From assembly GCA_011109175.1 (NCBI GenBank), contig RDEW01000075.1, positions 62,001-126,000 of the forward strand: 64,000 bases of DNA. Reading direction: 5' to 3'. The position numbers and the translations under genes were made by a program. Numbering within the stretch: position 1 is the first letter of the stretch; each line of letters begins with the position of its first letter. A model generated the notes under the pieces. That model saw nothing but the letters and a program-made list of their open reading frames with translations, did not search any database and was not told where the DNA came from. Source of the DNA: Dicyema japonicum (taxonomy: Eukaryota; Animalia; Dicyemida). Below, one piece after another: positions 1 to 13,649 of this stretch.

Positions 1-2725
1 CATCACTGATACAGTTAATTCGATTCCGGATAGAATATTTGACAACGAATCTGCTGCAGTTTTCGAGAAGCGTTTGACCCAGGAATATTTTCACCATTTC
101 CAATGGACACGGATTAATAAGAGTCTCTGCAATATTATGTGGTTTCTTTGATTTCATAACTTCATATGCTACTTTGAATGACGCCAAAATTAAAAGTTTG
201 TCAATGCAGGTAAATCCAAGCTCGGAAGCGTTGCTTGGATATCGTATCGTAACCTTTCAGCCTTCAAACATTCAGGATCATTTCCTGAACGTTTATTTCT
301 AACATTGAAGCATATGTTCTCCCTTTGGTTCCTTCCTTGGATTAGTTAGTTATGTACAGCGCCGCTCCTTTTCTTGGCGGAATCTTGCGGAATTTTCGAT
401 TTTCGCAAGAAATTTGAGGAGGTAGTGAGACATCTCTTGATTGGAAAACGACCGGGGTCGATAAGTTTATAATTTCTTTATCAAAAGATGCACTTCATTG
501 CACGAGTCTATGTGTCGTGTATTACAGAAAAGCATCACTAACCCGGAAACGATTCCTGATTGGGCATGCACAGGACAACTTATTTGACCCCAAAGCTGGA
601 CAACCCCCAGTCTGCTGCAGATTATCGACCGATAACCTGCTGCCAACCCTGTATAAACTGATGACCAAATTGATGGCTAATGAGGTCAGGAGCTTTGTAG
701 AAGCAAATGGGATTCTCTCGAGAATCAGTTGGGTACTGTGCGAAATTGTCAGGGGGCAAAAGAGCAGGCTTTGATCAACAAATGCCTTTCTGTGTCTCAC
801 GGAAACTCACTTTTGTCAATGTGCGTTGATGTGAAGAAGACTTATGATTCAGTTGATCATTCTTACCTTGTCGAGTGAGTACCAGCTACACAGTCGTGTA
901 TGCCTGTGTGGTTCATCAGTTTTGTAGTGGCTGTGATGAGTAGGTGGATTATTCATCTGAACTATAATAGGCACCGGATAGGCGAGGTAAAACTCAAGAG
1001 GAGATCCTTCAGGAGGATAGCATGTCTCCGCTGCTCTTTGTTCTCTGTTTGGAGCCATTGAGTCGCCGCCTCAATGACCGGTTTGAGCAAATACCAGTTC
1101 ATTGTGAGGGGGTTTGTTTCAGTACAAATCACCTTCTTTTTATCGATGACCTGAAGATGTATGCTCGAACAGCCGAGGAGCTCTACTCCATGGGGGTCTG
1201 TGCCAGGGAATTCTTTGAGAGTATAGGACTAGATTTGAATTATTCAAAGTCTGCGACTAACACGCAAGTATGTAGCGAGTTAGTAAGAGTCCTAGAGGAA
1301 CACGAAGGATATAAGTATCTGGGTGTTACCGAATCTCCAAAGTCCCTTATAATGCCTGAGACAAAGCGACAAATTACTGAAGGCATCCGTAAAAGAGCAG
1401 CGTTATTGTGTAAGACGTCTCTAAATGCAAGGAATTTGTTCCTAGCATTAAATGAGTATGCTGTCTCGCTGCTAAACTACTACATAGGTGTTGTGGAGTT
1501 TGAGCCCAAAGAGTATGATGAGATGGATGTTATGATCCGTGGAGTACTCAGAGAGAACCATGTCCATGTGTGGCAGCCAATAAGGAGAGACTATATTTAC
1601 CCCGTGATAAATTCGGCCGTGGACTGTGTGGAGTAGTCCAACTAAGTGAGCGTATCCTAATGCGAATGCACGACACCCTGATAAGCTGGGTCAAGTGTGT
1701 CTGCTAGGAAGCACGCCATAATAACGACCGAGAAAACACGGGCCCACCTAGGCACTATCAGACCTTTTTTGTCTGCTAAGTATGGTGTTGATGATGGTGG
1801 GCTAGTAAATGTGAAGGCGTTGATCGAATTACAATATAATAATTTGATGGAAAAGATCAACTTAAAAAGCCTTCATAAGGTCCTCTTCAGAGCATTGGAC
1901 AACCCACATGTCGACCTTAAGTCGTCGACAATATGGCTAAAATACGGTGACAACTCACCTCGATCGGAGGCGTTGTACACGTATATGCAAGACCGCAATA
2001 TTTTTTGGGGTCGATCAACAAATACATGTCCCCACTGTAAGTCAAGGAGCATGTCGGTTGATCATTTAGCCACTCGATGTGGATCCATGCTCTGCCACGA
2101 CTATGTGTGGAGGCACAACGAGGTAGTAAAGAGTCTTCATCTTCTACTATGCAAAAAGTATGGTATTCGCCACACCAGAAAGTTGCGGACTCATAAGGTG
2201 CAATCTGTAGTAGAGAACACCAGGGTCCAAATTAAGGTAGACAGTGTTATCCGTACCTCGGTGCTAGTCAAGCACAATAAACCGGACATTGTGATACACA
2301 ATAAGGAGTCTGGCCAAGTCCTTATCATAGAGGTTGGCATCACGTCTCAAGACCGTTTGCAGAATGTGGAGGTGGAGAAAAAAAGGAAGTATGACTTTCT
2401 TGCAAACGAGATGAAGCAGATGCTTGGTTGCAAGGTCCTCGTTATTTCTATAGTAATGACGTGGGAAGGAATTGCAACAAAGTACCACAAGGGTTATCTG
2501 AAGCAGTTAAGGGTAGATAAGAAGCTCAAGGCCTATCTACAGTCCACTGTGTTAAAGCGGACCCTAGAGAGCCTGACACTGGTGTATAGGAAGCAGAGCC
2601 CTGAGATGCCATATGGGCAGAGGGTTCAATTGGACAAGCGCTCTCGGAGTTGTTTCAGCAACCAGAATCGAACCTGCCTGAGGAGGCTAGAGAACAGGCA
2701 GGCGAGGAAGGTTGTTGATTATTAA
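1..2725 (+). mobile_element. R4/Dong-like non-LTR retrotransposon (RT + CCHC + restriction-like endonuclease), frameshifted
   Basis: ORF 1022-1636 has SPLLFVLCLEPL and HLLFIDDLK. ORF 1697-2725 has CPHC..DHLATRC, RHNEVV, KPDIV, IIEVGIT and KKRKY. The upstream RT part is broken by stops and frameshifts; the 5' limit is unclear. Confidence 0.9.
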
Positions 2726-2740
2726 TATATTAACTTTTTT

Positions 2741-3850
2741 ATTATTATTATTAAAGCACTTTCACGAAAGCCATAATGATTATAGCCCCGCATGTGCAAC
2801 ACTCAAATAAACAATATTTATAGTTATTCTTTTCCATCTTCCTCTGTCGAATGCGAGTGATCTCAGTTCGTCCAGGTCGTCCCCTGTCTTTAGATTTTTT
2901 CTCACACGATTTAAGTCTTTGTTTAGGGCTGTCGGAAGTGTCAATCTAGGTCGTCCGGAAGGGTTTTTCGCATCTGTCAAAGTAATCTTCCTTCGCTTTG
3001 TTAGCGGGTGCGTCCGGGCTCATTCTTAGTACATGTCCAAATAGCCTCCACCGGGCATCTATCACATCCTTGCTGATGTAAGAACACATACACTTGTTGT
3101 AGATACCAGTGGTTGATATTCTACGTGGCCACTCCATTCCGAGTAAGCTTCTTAGTTGTCTTCTATGGAACGAATCCAGTTTTGATAGTTCTTTGAAGGA
3201 ACTTCCCCATGTCCCAGCGTTATACAATAGGATCGGTTTCACAAACGCGTTGTAAAGCCTGCATCTGATGTCAATTCCAAGTCCTTTGGCCATTAGCCAT
3301 CCTTTCTTCAGTTTAGCAATTGCCGCATTTGCCAGTGTTTTCCTCCTTAGTACATCTTCAGCGTCTCCTAGTAGAGAGCCGAGCTTATTAGTACGTCTCC
3401 ATCTTTCATGAGTAATATCGTCTTCTCTTTTGATTTCCGTAATTTCAGTTTTGTTAACATTTACACTGAGAAACCATTTTTCAAGCTCCGCAGGTGCATT
3501 TTCTAGCAGGTGTTGGAGTGCGGTCACATCCCGTGATACAAAATCCACATCATCCGCATAAGATGTCTCTTCTATGTCTCCTATATAGCATTTACGGAGG
3601 TCGCGGAGTGCAGATTCAAGGTATATGGTGAATAGTAAAGGGGAGAGGGAATCACCCTGGGGTGTCCCAATCGTTGTTTTGAAACTGCGGGAAGTTGCTC
3701 CTTCTGTCCTCACAGATAGTCTTGTGTTAGCAAGTAGTAGTCTGATTATCTTAACCGACAATTCATCCAATATTTGCTCAAGCACATTCATCAGTTTCTG
3801 TCTGTTTATTGAGTCGAAAGCTCTGGAGAGATCTATTCCCAACACGGTTG
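2741..3850 (-). mobile_element. 5'-truncated RTE-like LINE, same family as 42638-45696
   Basis: DLSRAFDS, GTPQGDSLSP, YADD, RWRLFGHVLR; (TAA)n tail. Nearly identical by eye to 42640-43765. Confidence 0.93.
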
Positions 3851-3999
3851 TTTATTGTTTGTTAAATAAAGTGGGTATAAATAACATTAAATAATAAATT
3901 ATTAAAAATATAAATGTATTCAAATTCTCTTGTTATATATTTTATTTGAAGATCATTTGCATATATGTACAAGTAACACTTGCATTTACGTGGAATTCA

Positions 4000-5960
4000 G
4001 TGGATTCAAAATAGAATGGAGACAACCCACGCCACCAGTATTGACAAGAATCAAACACCACGTGATTTCACTCATCAGGCAGATGTCATAATGGACCACT
4101 ACGCAAAAGTGAGTCACATAGATATGAACAAATCTCTCGTCCATGCAAATTGAAAAACGTTCAAACTCCTCAAGGAAAAATTATTGAAATCAGTACGTCG
4201 GATGTCGAAAAACTCATCTAAAACACCAAAAACTCTACTGCCAAAGGGCTTGATGGAATCTGCATTTAAAGCACCTGAGAATGCAAGGACTCAAAGCAAC
4301 AACAGACATAATTTCTGTGTCCATCAACACCTGCAGAATTCCTGCACTATGAAAAAATCCAAAATAATCCTAATCCTGAAGCCCAAGAAAGATCCTTCGG
4401 ATCCGCGATCTTTCAGACCAATTTCACTACTATCTGTAGTATCGAAAATTGTTGAACGTGTTGTATTGAACTTAGTATCTTCCCTTTCCTGATTTTCAAA
4501 CATGGCTTTCGTCCACAATACTCAACATTAACACATCTCTCTACCCTAACTCAATATATCTCTGATGGTTTTAACAATTATAATCTTCCCAAACGGATTA
4601 CCCTCTTATCGATCGACCTAACCAAGGCGTTCGATCGAACAACAAGGCGCGTGCTAAGTAACAAAATTCTTGTATCTGGAATTCCTCCACGTCTGCAGAA
4701 TTGGTTAACAAATTTTCTCTCTGGAAGAATTGTCGAGCTGAAATTATGTCATGCCTATCTCATTACAGACTTCTTCCAAATGGAGTTTCCCAAGGCTCCG
4801 TTTTATCACCCACCTTATTCAACTTACACCTAAGCGACATTTCGATCAATTCCAAGACTCTTCTACTATTGTATGCGGATGACATGATTGTTGCCTCTAA
4901 AGATATAGACGTTAACGAAGCAACGAAGGATGTTCAGATCCACTTGAACACTCTTGAAGAGTGGCTTGGAGCAAACCACCTATTTCTTTCTCCATCGAAA
5001 ATCTACCGTCACTGTATTCACGTCCAACAGCCGCCAACTAAATTTTCAAACCAATTTCAACAATTCATGGACAACCACTCGCCGTTACGTAACATCCCAA
5101 AATACTTGGATTTATTTATGAACAACTACTAACTTTCTCTAAAACATGTGGAGGAACAATGTACAAAGGCCTCTCACAAGATCAACATACTTAAAGCTGT
5201 GTCAGGTCATTCCTTTGGCCAAAACAAAGAAGCCCTAACCATCATATATAAACAATTCATTCTAACAACTATTAACTATGCAAGCCCTTGCTGGTCAACC
5301 TCTGCCTCCCTTACTTCTATTGACAAACTATTAAAGTACAAAGCATCGCGCTCAGGACAATTACTGGATGTCTTAGATCAACCCCTGTTGATCATCTACA
5401 TTGAGAGTCAAAGATCCATTTAATTGGAGACCATCTGGAAATGAGAGCCCTGCAGTTACTCTCCCAAGCCTACAGTCTAGAACATCCTTGCCACTCTATG
5501 CAAGCCGCAAACAAAAGGAAAATTAATATGACAACCTGTCTCGAATGTTATCATCCATTCCTTCCATCCCCAATGACAGGAGTTGTCTGAAACAGATACA
5601 CGATTTTGTTTCTACGAGAAGCATCCGGAAGACTCGGAGACAATAAAATATTACAGCGACTCCCTCCTCCAATAGAACCAATCAGAATCCTCTCTTTCAA
5701 GGGACGTGCGAGTAAACCTGGCTCGTCTACGATGTGGGCACCACCCATATCTACCAACATATGATATACTCTGCCCCTTCTGAAAGCTCCACGTGCTTAC
5801 AACAAATCACCTATTTCAATGTCATGAATTGGCACAACGTTTCTCAACAATGTCGGAACTGACCGATCTATGGGAGCGACCAACATCTGCTGCGTATAAC
5901 TTAATAGTTGCTGGCCTTCTACAAGTTATGAGGCTGGGATTACTTAACAAACTAACTACA
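4000..5960 (+). mobile_element. Degenerate Ingi/Vingi-like LINE (RT + C-terminal zinc finger)
   Basis: KPKKDPSDPRSFRPISLLS, DLTKAFD, QGSVLSP, YADD; C-terminal HLFQC..LWERP; many frameshifts. Confidence 0.8.
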
Positions 5961-5989
5961 AGTAATAATGATTTAAAAATTATTTCTTA

Positions 5990-8900
5990 CACCCCCCAAT
6001 CTGGAAGCGCTGCCTTAAGCAGAACTCACACTTTATTTTAGGATGCCAAGAACAGTTATGTTAATTAATTAATCCAAGGAATATCCAAAACATTGAAAAT
6101 TGTTCTTTGACTTCTTGTTTAATTTCATTTTGTTTGTATGTTGAGTTCCCAAAGATTATCCACTTCCGCAGTACTGAAACACTTTGCGGACGGCGTTCCT
6201 CTTCCTGGATAATTTCTTATGGGTTTATCTGTAAAGGAAGTCAAGTAAAAGACTTTTTATCCAACAAACGAATCGCACGATTTGCGACATGGTCGTGGCC
6301 GATTTTAGATCTCTCGTTGACAAAATAAGGTAAGTTATTATAAAGAAAAAGCACTGTAAATAAAGTGATGGGGAAAGTAATATGAAACGGTAGGGCCATG
6401 CTAAATCGACTTTTACCCCGACAGTCTCCCCAAAAAAATCCGTAGACACAGGGTCATCTCTGAAGATATGTCCCAGATACTTTAGTGCGATTTTTGAAAC
6501 CTCGAATAAGATTTTCGATAGTTCCGCCAACCTTGCACATTTTCCTTCTAACCATTGGGAATTGGCATACAAGGATTCATCCTGTAAGCAAGCTTTAGAG
6601 CAAAATTTCGCTTTTTCTCAAATTTCTTGAGAATAGAGTTTATCTTTTTCAAATCGTACCATCCTTCTAAACCGTATAACATTGCAGGTAGTATCGCAGT
6701 GTTGAAGAAATAAACAAAGGTCTCCTGCTCGAGCTTTAATTTTCTAACGCACTAAAGAGCGTTTTGTAGCTTTTTTCTTGCGTATTTTAGCATGTTCCAT
6801 AAAATTACCTCCCTCGTCAATTAGGAAGCCAAGGTATTTCATAGTCTTCTTCCGAGGTATGTCTTTTAACAAGCTCTTTAGGTTAGCCATCCTCATGCTT
6901 CCAATTATCCTCAGCATACTAGACTTCTCACGTGCCACCGAAAGGAAGTTTTAATTGCACAACATTTCAATCTGGTCCATGTATGTTTTCAAACGTTTCT
7001 CAGATACCAAAGGGTTTAAAGAAACATTCATAAATTATGACGTCATCTACGTATATCAAAATTTTCTGTACGTGGGTTTTCCGGGGAAGGCAATTCACTC
7101 ATTACAATGCTAAATAATAGAGGACTGAGCCCTGAACCCTGAGGTACACCTCTTCTTTCATAGTTAACCAAATTTCACGAGATTCATAGTTTAAAAAAAT
7201 TAACAATTTACCGTCTATCCGAAAGCAAACTTTGCATCCAAAAATAGAGTTCCTTTCAATACCACATTTCGCAAGACAAATAAAAAGACTAAGATGCCAC
7301 ACACTGTCGAAAGTTTTGGATATATCAAGGCAGACTGCGGTCAAACACTCTTTAGTTTCCAAAGTCCTCAAAATTGACGCGTTAACACTGTACGAACAAT
7401 CTCCACAAGACCGATCTTTTCGAAAACCCCACTGATGCTCCTTTAGTATATCATTACGTTATATATTTTAGAAATTCTGTTGAATACAATTCCTTGCATA
7501 ACTCTTGAGATCGTTGGAATAAGGCTTATGGGCCTATAACTGGTTGTTAAGTACCCAGGTTTCCCAGATTTACGTATCATCCTGACCTCCGTCAATTTCC
7601 AATGCAAAGGTATATGACGCAACCTGATACTGCACGTATAGAGACATCCCAGATATTCATAGAGTACCTTGGGTGCTTCCTTGAATAGACGAATAGCGAT
7701 CTTGTCCTTTCCAGGATCATTGTCTTTAATGCATTTTACCGCATTTTAAACTTCACCAGCATTTATAGGGCTGTGACGTAAAGGTAAAGAACTAACTACT
7801 TTTTTCAACTTTTCTTTTAGAGAACTGAGGGCCAAAGAAGACAGTCGCTCATCAGGGTTAACCTGTTGTATTTCGAGAGTTCATCCCCAAACAGGTTAGG
7901 AATTTCTTCTAAAGATACAGGAAACCCATCATGACATAGCAACATTAGAATTTCTTTTCTGGATTTACGTCCGATTACTTTATTATAGACTTTCCAAAAG
8001 TTTGGTTTTTTTCGATACAATTCGCTGCACTGAGCTATCCAAAAATTATTTTTCTTAACTTTTTCTAATCTGTGTATTTCTTGCGTGATCATCATAATTT
8101 CTAGCTCCATGAGCCTACTGTCATGGGGATCAGGACATCGACGTAATTTGTTTTTCAAGCATTGTTTCCTTTTCAAACAGGCTTGACCTCTAAAGGAGCT
8201 AGGTTGAGTTTATAAAGGATTGGTAGATGATCACTACCAATATCACCGAGCGTAATCGGTCGTTCCAAAAAATTGATGAACAGATTCCGATATTAACGCC
8301 ATTCCCAAATAATCCTAGCCATTTGGAAAATAGTGATTCGGGGTCGAGGACATCACAACAGAAAACCCGGAAGACACAGACATATCTTTCAAAACAAGGC
8401 CGTCTCTATTCGTCCCCAGACAACCAAACGAGGTATCTTTGGAGTTTAAGTACCCCAAATGGATCGAGAACGGTGCATTTTCATCATGAAAAAAATTCTC
8501 GATAAGATACGAAGATAATTTTTTAGAATACATTTCTCCAATTTTCATCCACATATTTTTCATTCGTACTTCCAGGAAACATACACACAATTCTTGGGAT
8601 ATGATTTTCAGGTTACGAACCCTTAAATTTAGTCTGTAGAACAAAGATGTACCCGTTCCTGCAACTGAGCCAGACTTCCATTTAATATCAAAAGAACAAT
8701 ATCCCTCAAGTTGAAAATTATCCTTCACTCTTTAACTTCGTTTCATTAACAATTGATATATCAACGGGATTGGTGGATAGCATATGCACAATCTCAGAAC
8801 GCCTACTCTTTAAGGATCGGGCGTTCACCGCAATAATAGTAAGAACAAACTTCATACTTGTAGAACCTCTCCCTCTCCAAAAAGAGGGCCAACATGCATT

Positions 8901-9130
8901 TCCTTTCACTGTCCTTAGTCAAACAAGAGTTCAAATTTTGTTCTCCACCACAAATTAAGCACCTTTTCTTTTTCTTGCAGAAATTCACAATTTACCTAAA
9001 TTTTTGGCATTGGTAGTTACAGGTTTCCTGTACAATTCAAAAACGAACTCTCTGGAATTCGAACAACATCCTCAGTTTCACAAGTGTGGTGGCTTCTGCC
9101 CTAGATTTAAAAATTAATTTTCCAACAGAA
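5990..9130 (-). mobile_element. Degenerate two-ORF I/Jockey-group LINE (gag-like knuckles, APE, RT)
   Basis: CLICGGEQ knuckle near 8950; VNARSL..VNETKL (APE); CLDISKTFDSVWH and KYLGFLID (RT). Confidence 0.8.
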
Positions 9131-9199
9131 AGACTGCGCCTGTCCTTCGTGAAACGTTAGAGAGGTAGATGCAAGATTCACCTCCTACTACCGACTGTC

Positions 9200-9690
9200 A
9201 CCAAAATGATCAAGTATATTTACGCCTCGTGGTCTTGCCAACGTCAAGTTAAACGGAAAGATTACCGTGCCAGACAACTCGAATGATGTTATGAAATGCG
9301 CACTGTAGTCTGCCGACACCCTTCCATGCTGGAGCCAACAAGGGAGACGGAATGCGACCGGACGGAGTAAAAAATTCTTTCCGTTTAAATAGTTTGGAAT
9401 TTAAAATGTTTCGACTCTTTTTCCCCCCGCCAATATTATCTATCTGCCACAGAGAAAGTTAATAAAAAGAAATATAGAGGACTCCTTACCGATAGACCAT
9501 AAGGGCTATGATTGTCAAAACAATCGGAGCGATAAGCAGCAAGTTCCTGATCTTCCAGAAAAATTCGGACGTATTGCTTCTCTCAGAAGCCATGATGATT
9601 GCCAAATCCGATGGCTCATCCAGTTGGTTTCCATGCCTGTCCGAAGGTAAAACGCTGCATCAATTAAGTTGGGGAGAATTAAATAATTAA
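9200..9690 (+). mobile_element. Highly degenerate CRE-like 3' fragment
   Basis: Remnants of HPSMLEP..GDGMRPDG; similar to 9921-10367. Confidence 0.55.
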
Positions 9691-9801
9691 ATTTTTAAAT
9701 AAACTATTTTAATTTTTGTCTACATGTTATTTGTTCAAATACACTCAAATAAATACTTTTTGTAAGGAAATATGAAGTATTTAGTACAATTCAACGAGGA
9801 C

Positions 9802-10407
9802 CCCATGAGTGTCAACCCCATGAGTGCCGATGCGGCCGGAAGGTCGACTGCTATGGACATCATGCCCTTTCTTGTCGAAAAAGCGCAGGTCGATTCGCTA
9901 GACACAAGGCTATAAATGAAGTGGTGAAGCGCGCCCTCGAGTTGGCGGGATACCCATCCATTCTAGAGCCAACGGGCTTGAGTAGGGATGATGGGAAGCG
10001 ACCCGATGGAATTACTGTCTTCCCCTTCTCTCGGGGCAAATGCTTAATTTGGGATGCTGCCTGTACTGACAGCTTTTCCCAGTCGAAACTTTTGAGGTCG
10101 GCAATGAAAGCGGGAGAGGCCGCCCGTTTATATGAAAACTCAAAAATAAAGAAATACAGCAGCCTCCTAAACCGTTTCCATGTACAGCCAGTGGTCGTCG
10201 AGACGAGCGGAGTCTTTGGCCCCAAGACGGTCTCTTTCCTTAGAGCACTTGGGTGTCTATTGACCAAAGCCTCGAGGGAGCGTCGGGAAACCGAGTGGCT
10301 TTTCCAAAGGATATCCCTGGCAGTAGTCAGAGGTAACAGCCACTCGATCATATCCGCTGGACTTTAGAACGATTTTATTGTTATAAATAAATTTATTAGA
10401 ATAAAAA
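9802..10407 (+). mobile_element. 5'-truncated CRE-like retrotransposon with A-rich tail and 14-bp TSD
   Basis: CRCG..HALSC..RH knuckle, KRPDG, IWDA, VVETSG, VRGN. TSD AATTCAACGAGGAC at 9788-9801 and 10408-10421. Confidence 0.88.
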
Positions 10408-10839
10408 AATTCAACGAGGACTTTTAAGAGAGATACATGTGGAGAAAAAAAATACAATTTCATCTTCTTTTATATCTGCTTTCTAGATATTTTCCTAATA
10501 TAAGTTATTTTTGTCGCCTAATTGTGGTATTTGTTAATAATATTTTTTTAATTAAGTCGTATTAAAAAATACTTCCTTTGACTGCATATCCAGATTGTAT
10601 AGCCAGGTAATCGTCCCAACAATTGAAGATTTCTGTAACGTATGGAGGTTAACGATATCCTCTTCCAAAACCATTGGGTGATATATTTGCGCGCGAGCAA
10701 ATGAACGTCGATCGATCCTAAAGAAGGACACCCCGATCGAGTCTCTTTGTAACCATTCGTGGAGGCTCTAGCGTTCTACAGTTGGGACATTGGAAAACCA
10801 GGCAATAAAATCTCGATAATTTTGCTTTGCCATTGTTGA

Positions 10840-12430
10840 GCCCTCCATCCTAATCGTCGAGCCCTCCAAAAAGTGCTGCAATATTTGCAACAGCTTGTTC
10901 CTATTGACAGAATCAAAGGCCTTTGACATATCAATCCCCAGAATGGTTGTCGTTATATTAATTTTTTTGCTTTTTTTGATACGAATTGTGTTCAAAATAG
11001 TCTGCTATAAGTTCTGTAATAGTCTAAGTACTTCTTGTTGGTTAGCAATATGTTTTCCTTCTTCATTCATCTCGTGAAGTTAGTGTTTTCATTGGTAGTT
11101 TTCTGATTTGGCCGACAGCTTTATAAAACTTCGCATTGTCTTTAAGGCCTTCGAGTTTCTCTATTTTTGTTATTGTTTCGTTCTTTAATATCCGACGTGC
11201 AGCTTTTCTTATTTTCATTTTGATGAGTGTTCTTTCCTTTGTAGCCGCTGTTTCGTATTTTTGTTATCTGTATTTAGACATTGTATCCATATCGCCTTTT
11301 GTTGATTAGCAAGGAGTTTCAAAGCGGTTATTTCTTCAGTGGTGTATTAGTTACGTAGTCCTCTTTTAGATATATATCCGCAGAGATCATGATCTTCTGT
11401 TTGATCAAGGTCCACGCAATTTGCGGTGACAAATCTACTGATATTTCTTCCAATTCCTCATCCAAGTATTTTCTGAATTCCTCTCCCTGGATAGTATTCT
11501 TCTTTAGATAGTCTATAACGTATCCCTTCCATCGCAGTTCTGTGTGTCCATTGAACCTTCTTTTCATCCTTGCAAACCCATAAGTTTCTTTAAGGATATT
11601 TTGGCAATAACCATCTTGTGATCGCTGTCAATTATAGACCCTCCATAAGCACGGGCATCAATGACAATACTGCGGTCTTTTTGTCTGAAAATAATGTGGT
11701 CTATTTGATTGTAGATTTTCGCAATGCCTCCGTCAGACTTCGTTCTATTGCCTGACCAAGTTTTCCTGTGTCTTGCCAGTACATAAAGGCTGTGTTACAA
11801 AGGAATAGATTATTTGCTTACAAAAGCTGGCTAACAAGGTGCCTGCAATGTTCCCTTTCCACTTCCATGTCTTCCAATGAATGATTCTTCTATAGTGATT
11901 CGATTTTCACTTTTGCATTAAGATCACCGACAATCAATATTAATGTGGAATTTTCATAATTGGAAAACATCAGACAGATTAGCATAAAAGTCGTCAATCT
12001 CCTCGGGTTTCTTATTGATCCATCCACAATATGGAGCATACGCGTTAATAACAGCAAGATTACTCTTCGGAGAGTTATGATCGTCCAATGTTATTTGTAA
12101 AATCCCAATCCTTTCATTGATAGTCCAGTAATGGTATATGCGGTGGACTAGGTCCTTTCTTACAGAGAATCCAGTTCGTAATGTTTTGATCCCCCAGAGA
12201 GAAAGATTAACTTAAACTTTCCGTGTTGTTCTTCAAACTCCTTCGATATTTTTGTCTCTTGGAGACATCCGATTGATATCTTATATTTTTAAAAATTTTC
12301 ACAAAGTTCTTTTCTTTTCCATGCACTAGAGAGTCCTCTGACATTGAACGTTAAAAGAGAGAAGTCCTTTAGATTGCAATTTTCGTGTTTTTCTGAGATA
12401 ACTTTCAAGAGATACCTCACCACCTCAACC
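10840..12430 (-). mobile_element. RTE-like LINE, 5' part, internally deleted
   Basis: TFNVRG APE start, NQIDH and SDH motifs, GIDMSKAFDSV. Begins with GGTTGAGGTGGTGA (12417-12430). Confidence 0.85.
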
Positions 12431-12574
12431 TAGATTTAACATATAAATGTTTATTAATGAAATAATAATAATTATTATATTTTTAATTATATTTATTTTT
12501 AATTTTATTACTTATTAAATTAACTGGTTAATCAAATAGTAAATAAATATTTTATTAAAATTAAGAAACTAACT

Positions 12575-13297
12575 ATGGTTAAAGTACGGCTGCATCAACT
12601 ATTAAGAAAACTTTTGAATGAAAATTATGCCTGCGTATCTTGGATAGATGTGGATACATTTCGTATAAATGATGTTAACCAACTTTCAAAATTTTGGGGA
12701 AAAGTCAAAAACAATTCAAGCATGAATCGTGACAAACTTTTCAGATCTTTACGAACCTATTACCAGTCTCCTCCACTATTACAGAGGATTGATAAAGACA
12801 CGTACAAATTTCTGGTAAAGGATATTGTTATTCCGAATGCTCCTCAATTGGTTAAATTTGACAAGATGTACAAAGAAAAGTTTGCAAATTGTGGAACGAA
12901 TATATGTTTTAAAACCAGAAAATCGACTGGTTTTAATGGAATTACAGACAGAGCTACAATCCAGACTAATCCTAATGGAAGAACATGTATAACTCCAGCT
13001 GTAGAGTCGCTTTTTACCCCGTTGGAAGAAATGTTGAACCTTAATGAACCTAAAACTACTGATAACTTTTATAGCGACTATTATATTGAACCTTCTACTT
13101 GGACACACGATTATCCGATATTCCACAACCCCTGGGATTTTAGTTTAATGAAAGATCGGATTTCCAAATGTCCTGAGTGCGGGAACAACTACCCCCAGCA
13201 AGAATTTAATCAGAATATAGAATTTTTCTATGACCCGACTGACAAAGTTTGGAAGCCATATTATTGTCATCCTTTCTTTAATTACTTTAAAAAATGA
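12575..13297 (+). CDS. ETS-domain transcription factor (divergent, N-terminal ETS domain)
   Basis: Intact 240-aa ORF with AT-rich flanks. LHQLLRKLL..VSWID..FRIND..LSKFWGKVKNNSSMNRDKLFRSLRTYY..YKF follows the ETS consensus (LWQFL..WG..K..MNYDKLSR.LRYYY). Confidence 0.9.
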   Translation: MVKVRLHQLLRKLLNENYACVSWIDVDTFRINDVNQLSKFWGKVKNNSSMNRDKLFRSLRTYYQSPPLLQRIDKDTYKFLVKDIVIPNAPQLVKFDKMYKEKFANCGTNICFKTRKSTGFNGITDRATIQTNPNGRTCITPAVESLFTPLEEMLNLNEPKTTDNFYSDYYIEPSTWTHDYPIFHNPWDFSLMKDRISKCPECGNNYPQQEFNQNIEFFYDPTDKVWKPYYCHPFFNYFKK

Positions 13298-13649
13298 TTA
13301 GAAATTTTTATCTTAATTAATGCTTTGTTATTTAATTTAAGATTTATTAATGTTAATATTGTAAAACATGACTACATTTTATTTCCTTATTTAGATCGAG
13401 GAAACATCAAAAAATAACATCCTTCCTATTAACTTCCTATTTTTAACTTGTTTCCGTAGTTGGTTCCGTTTAAATTTTTTTGTAAAAAAATTTAATTTAT
13501 TTTATTTTATCTTACACTATTAAAAAATTTTCAACCGAATTAGCTTATTTTAACTATATGACTTTAATGAGATGAATAACATTCACATATTCCTTTTCAG
13601 GTTTTTTTTATAATGCAGAATTAAGACTTTTTCTTAGTATTCGTTTTAA

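Noticed and set aside
413-432. TGAGGAGGTAGTGA as a fourth copy of the RTE 5' motif
   Set aside because: It lies in R4 coding sequence (FEEVVRHL), so it is coincidental.
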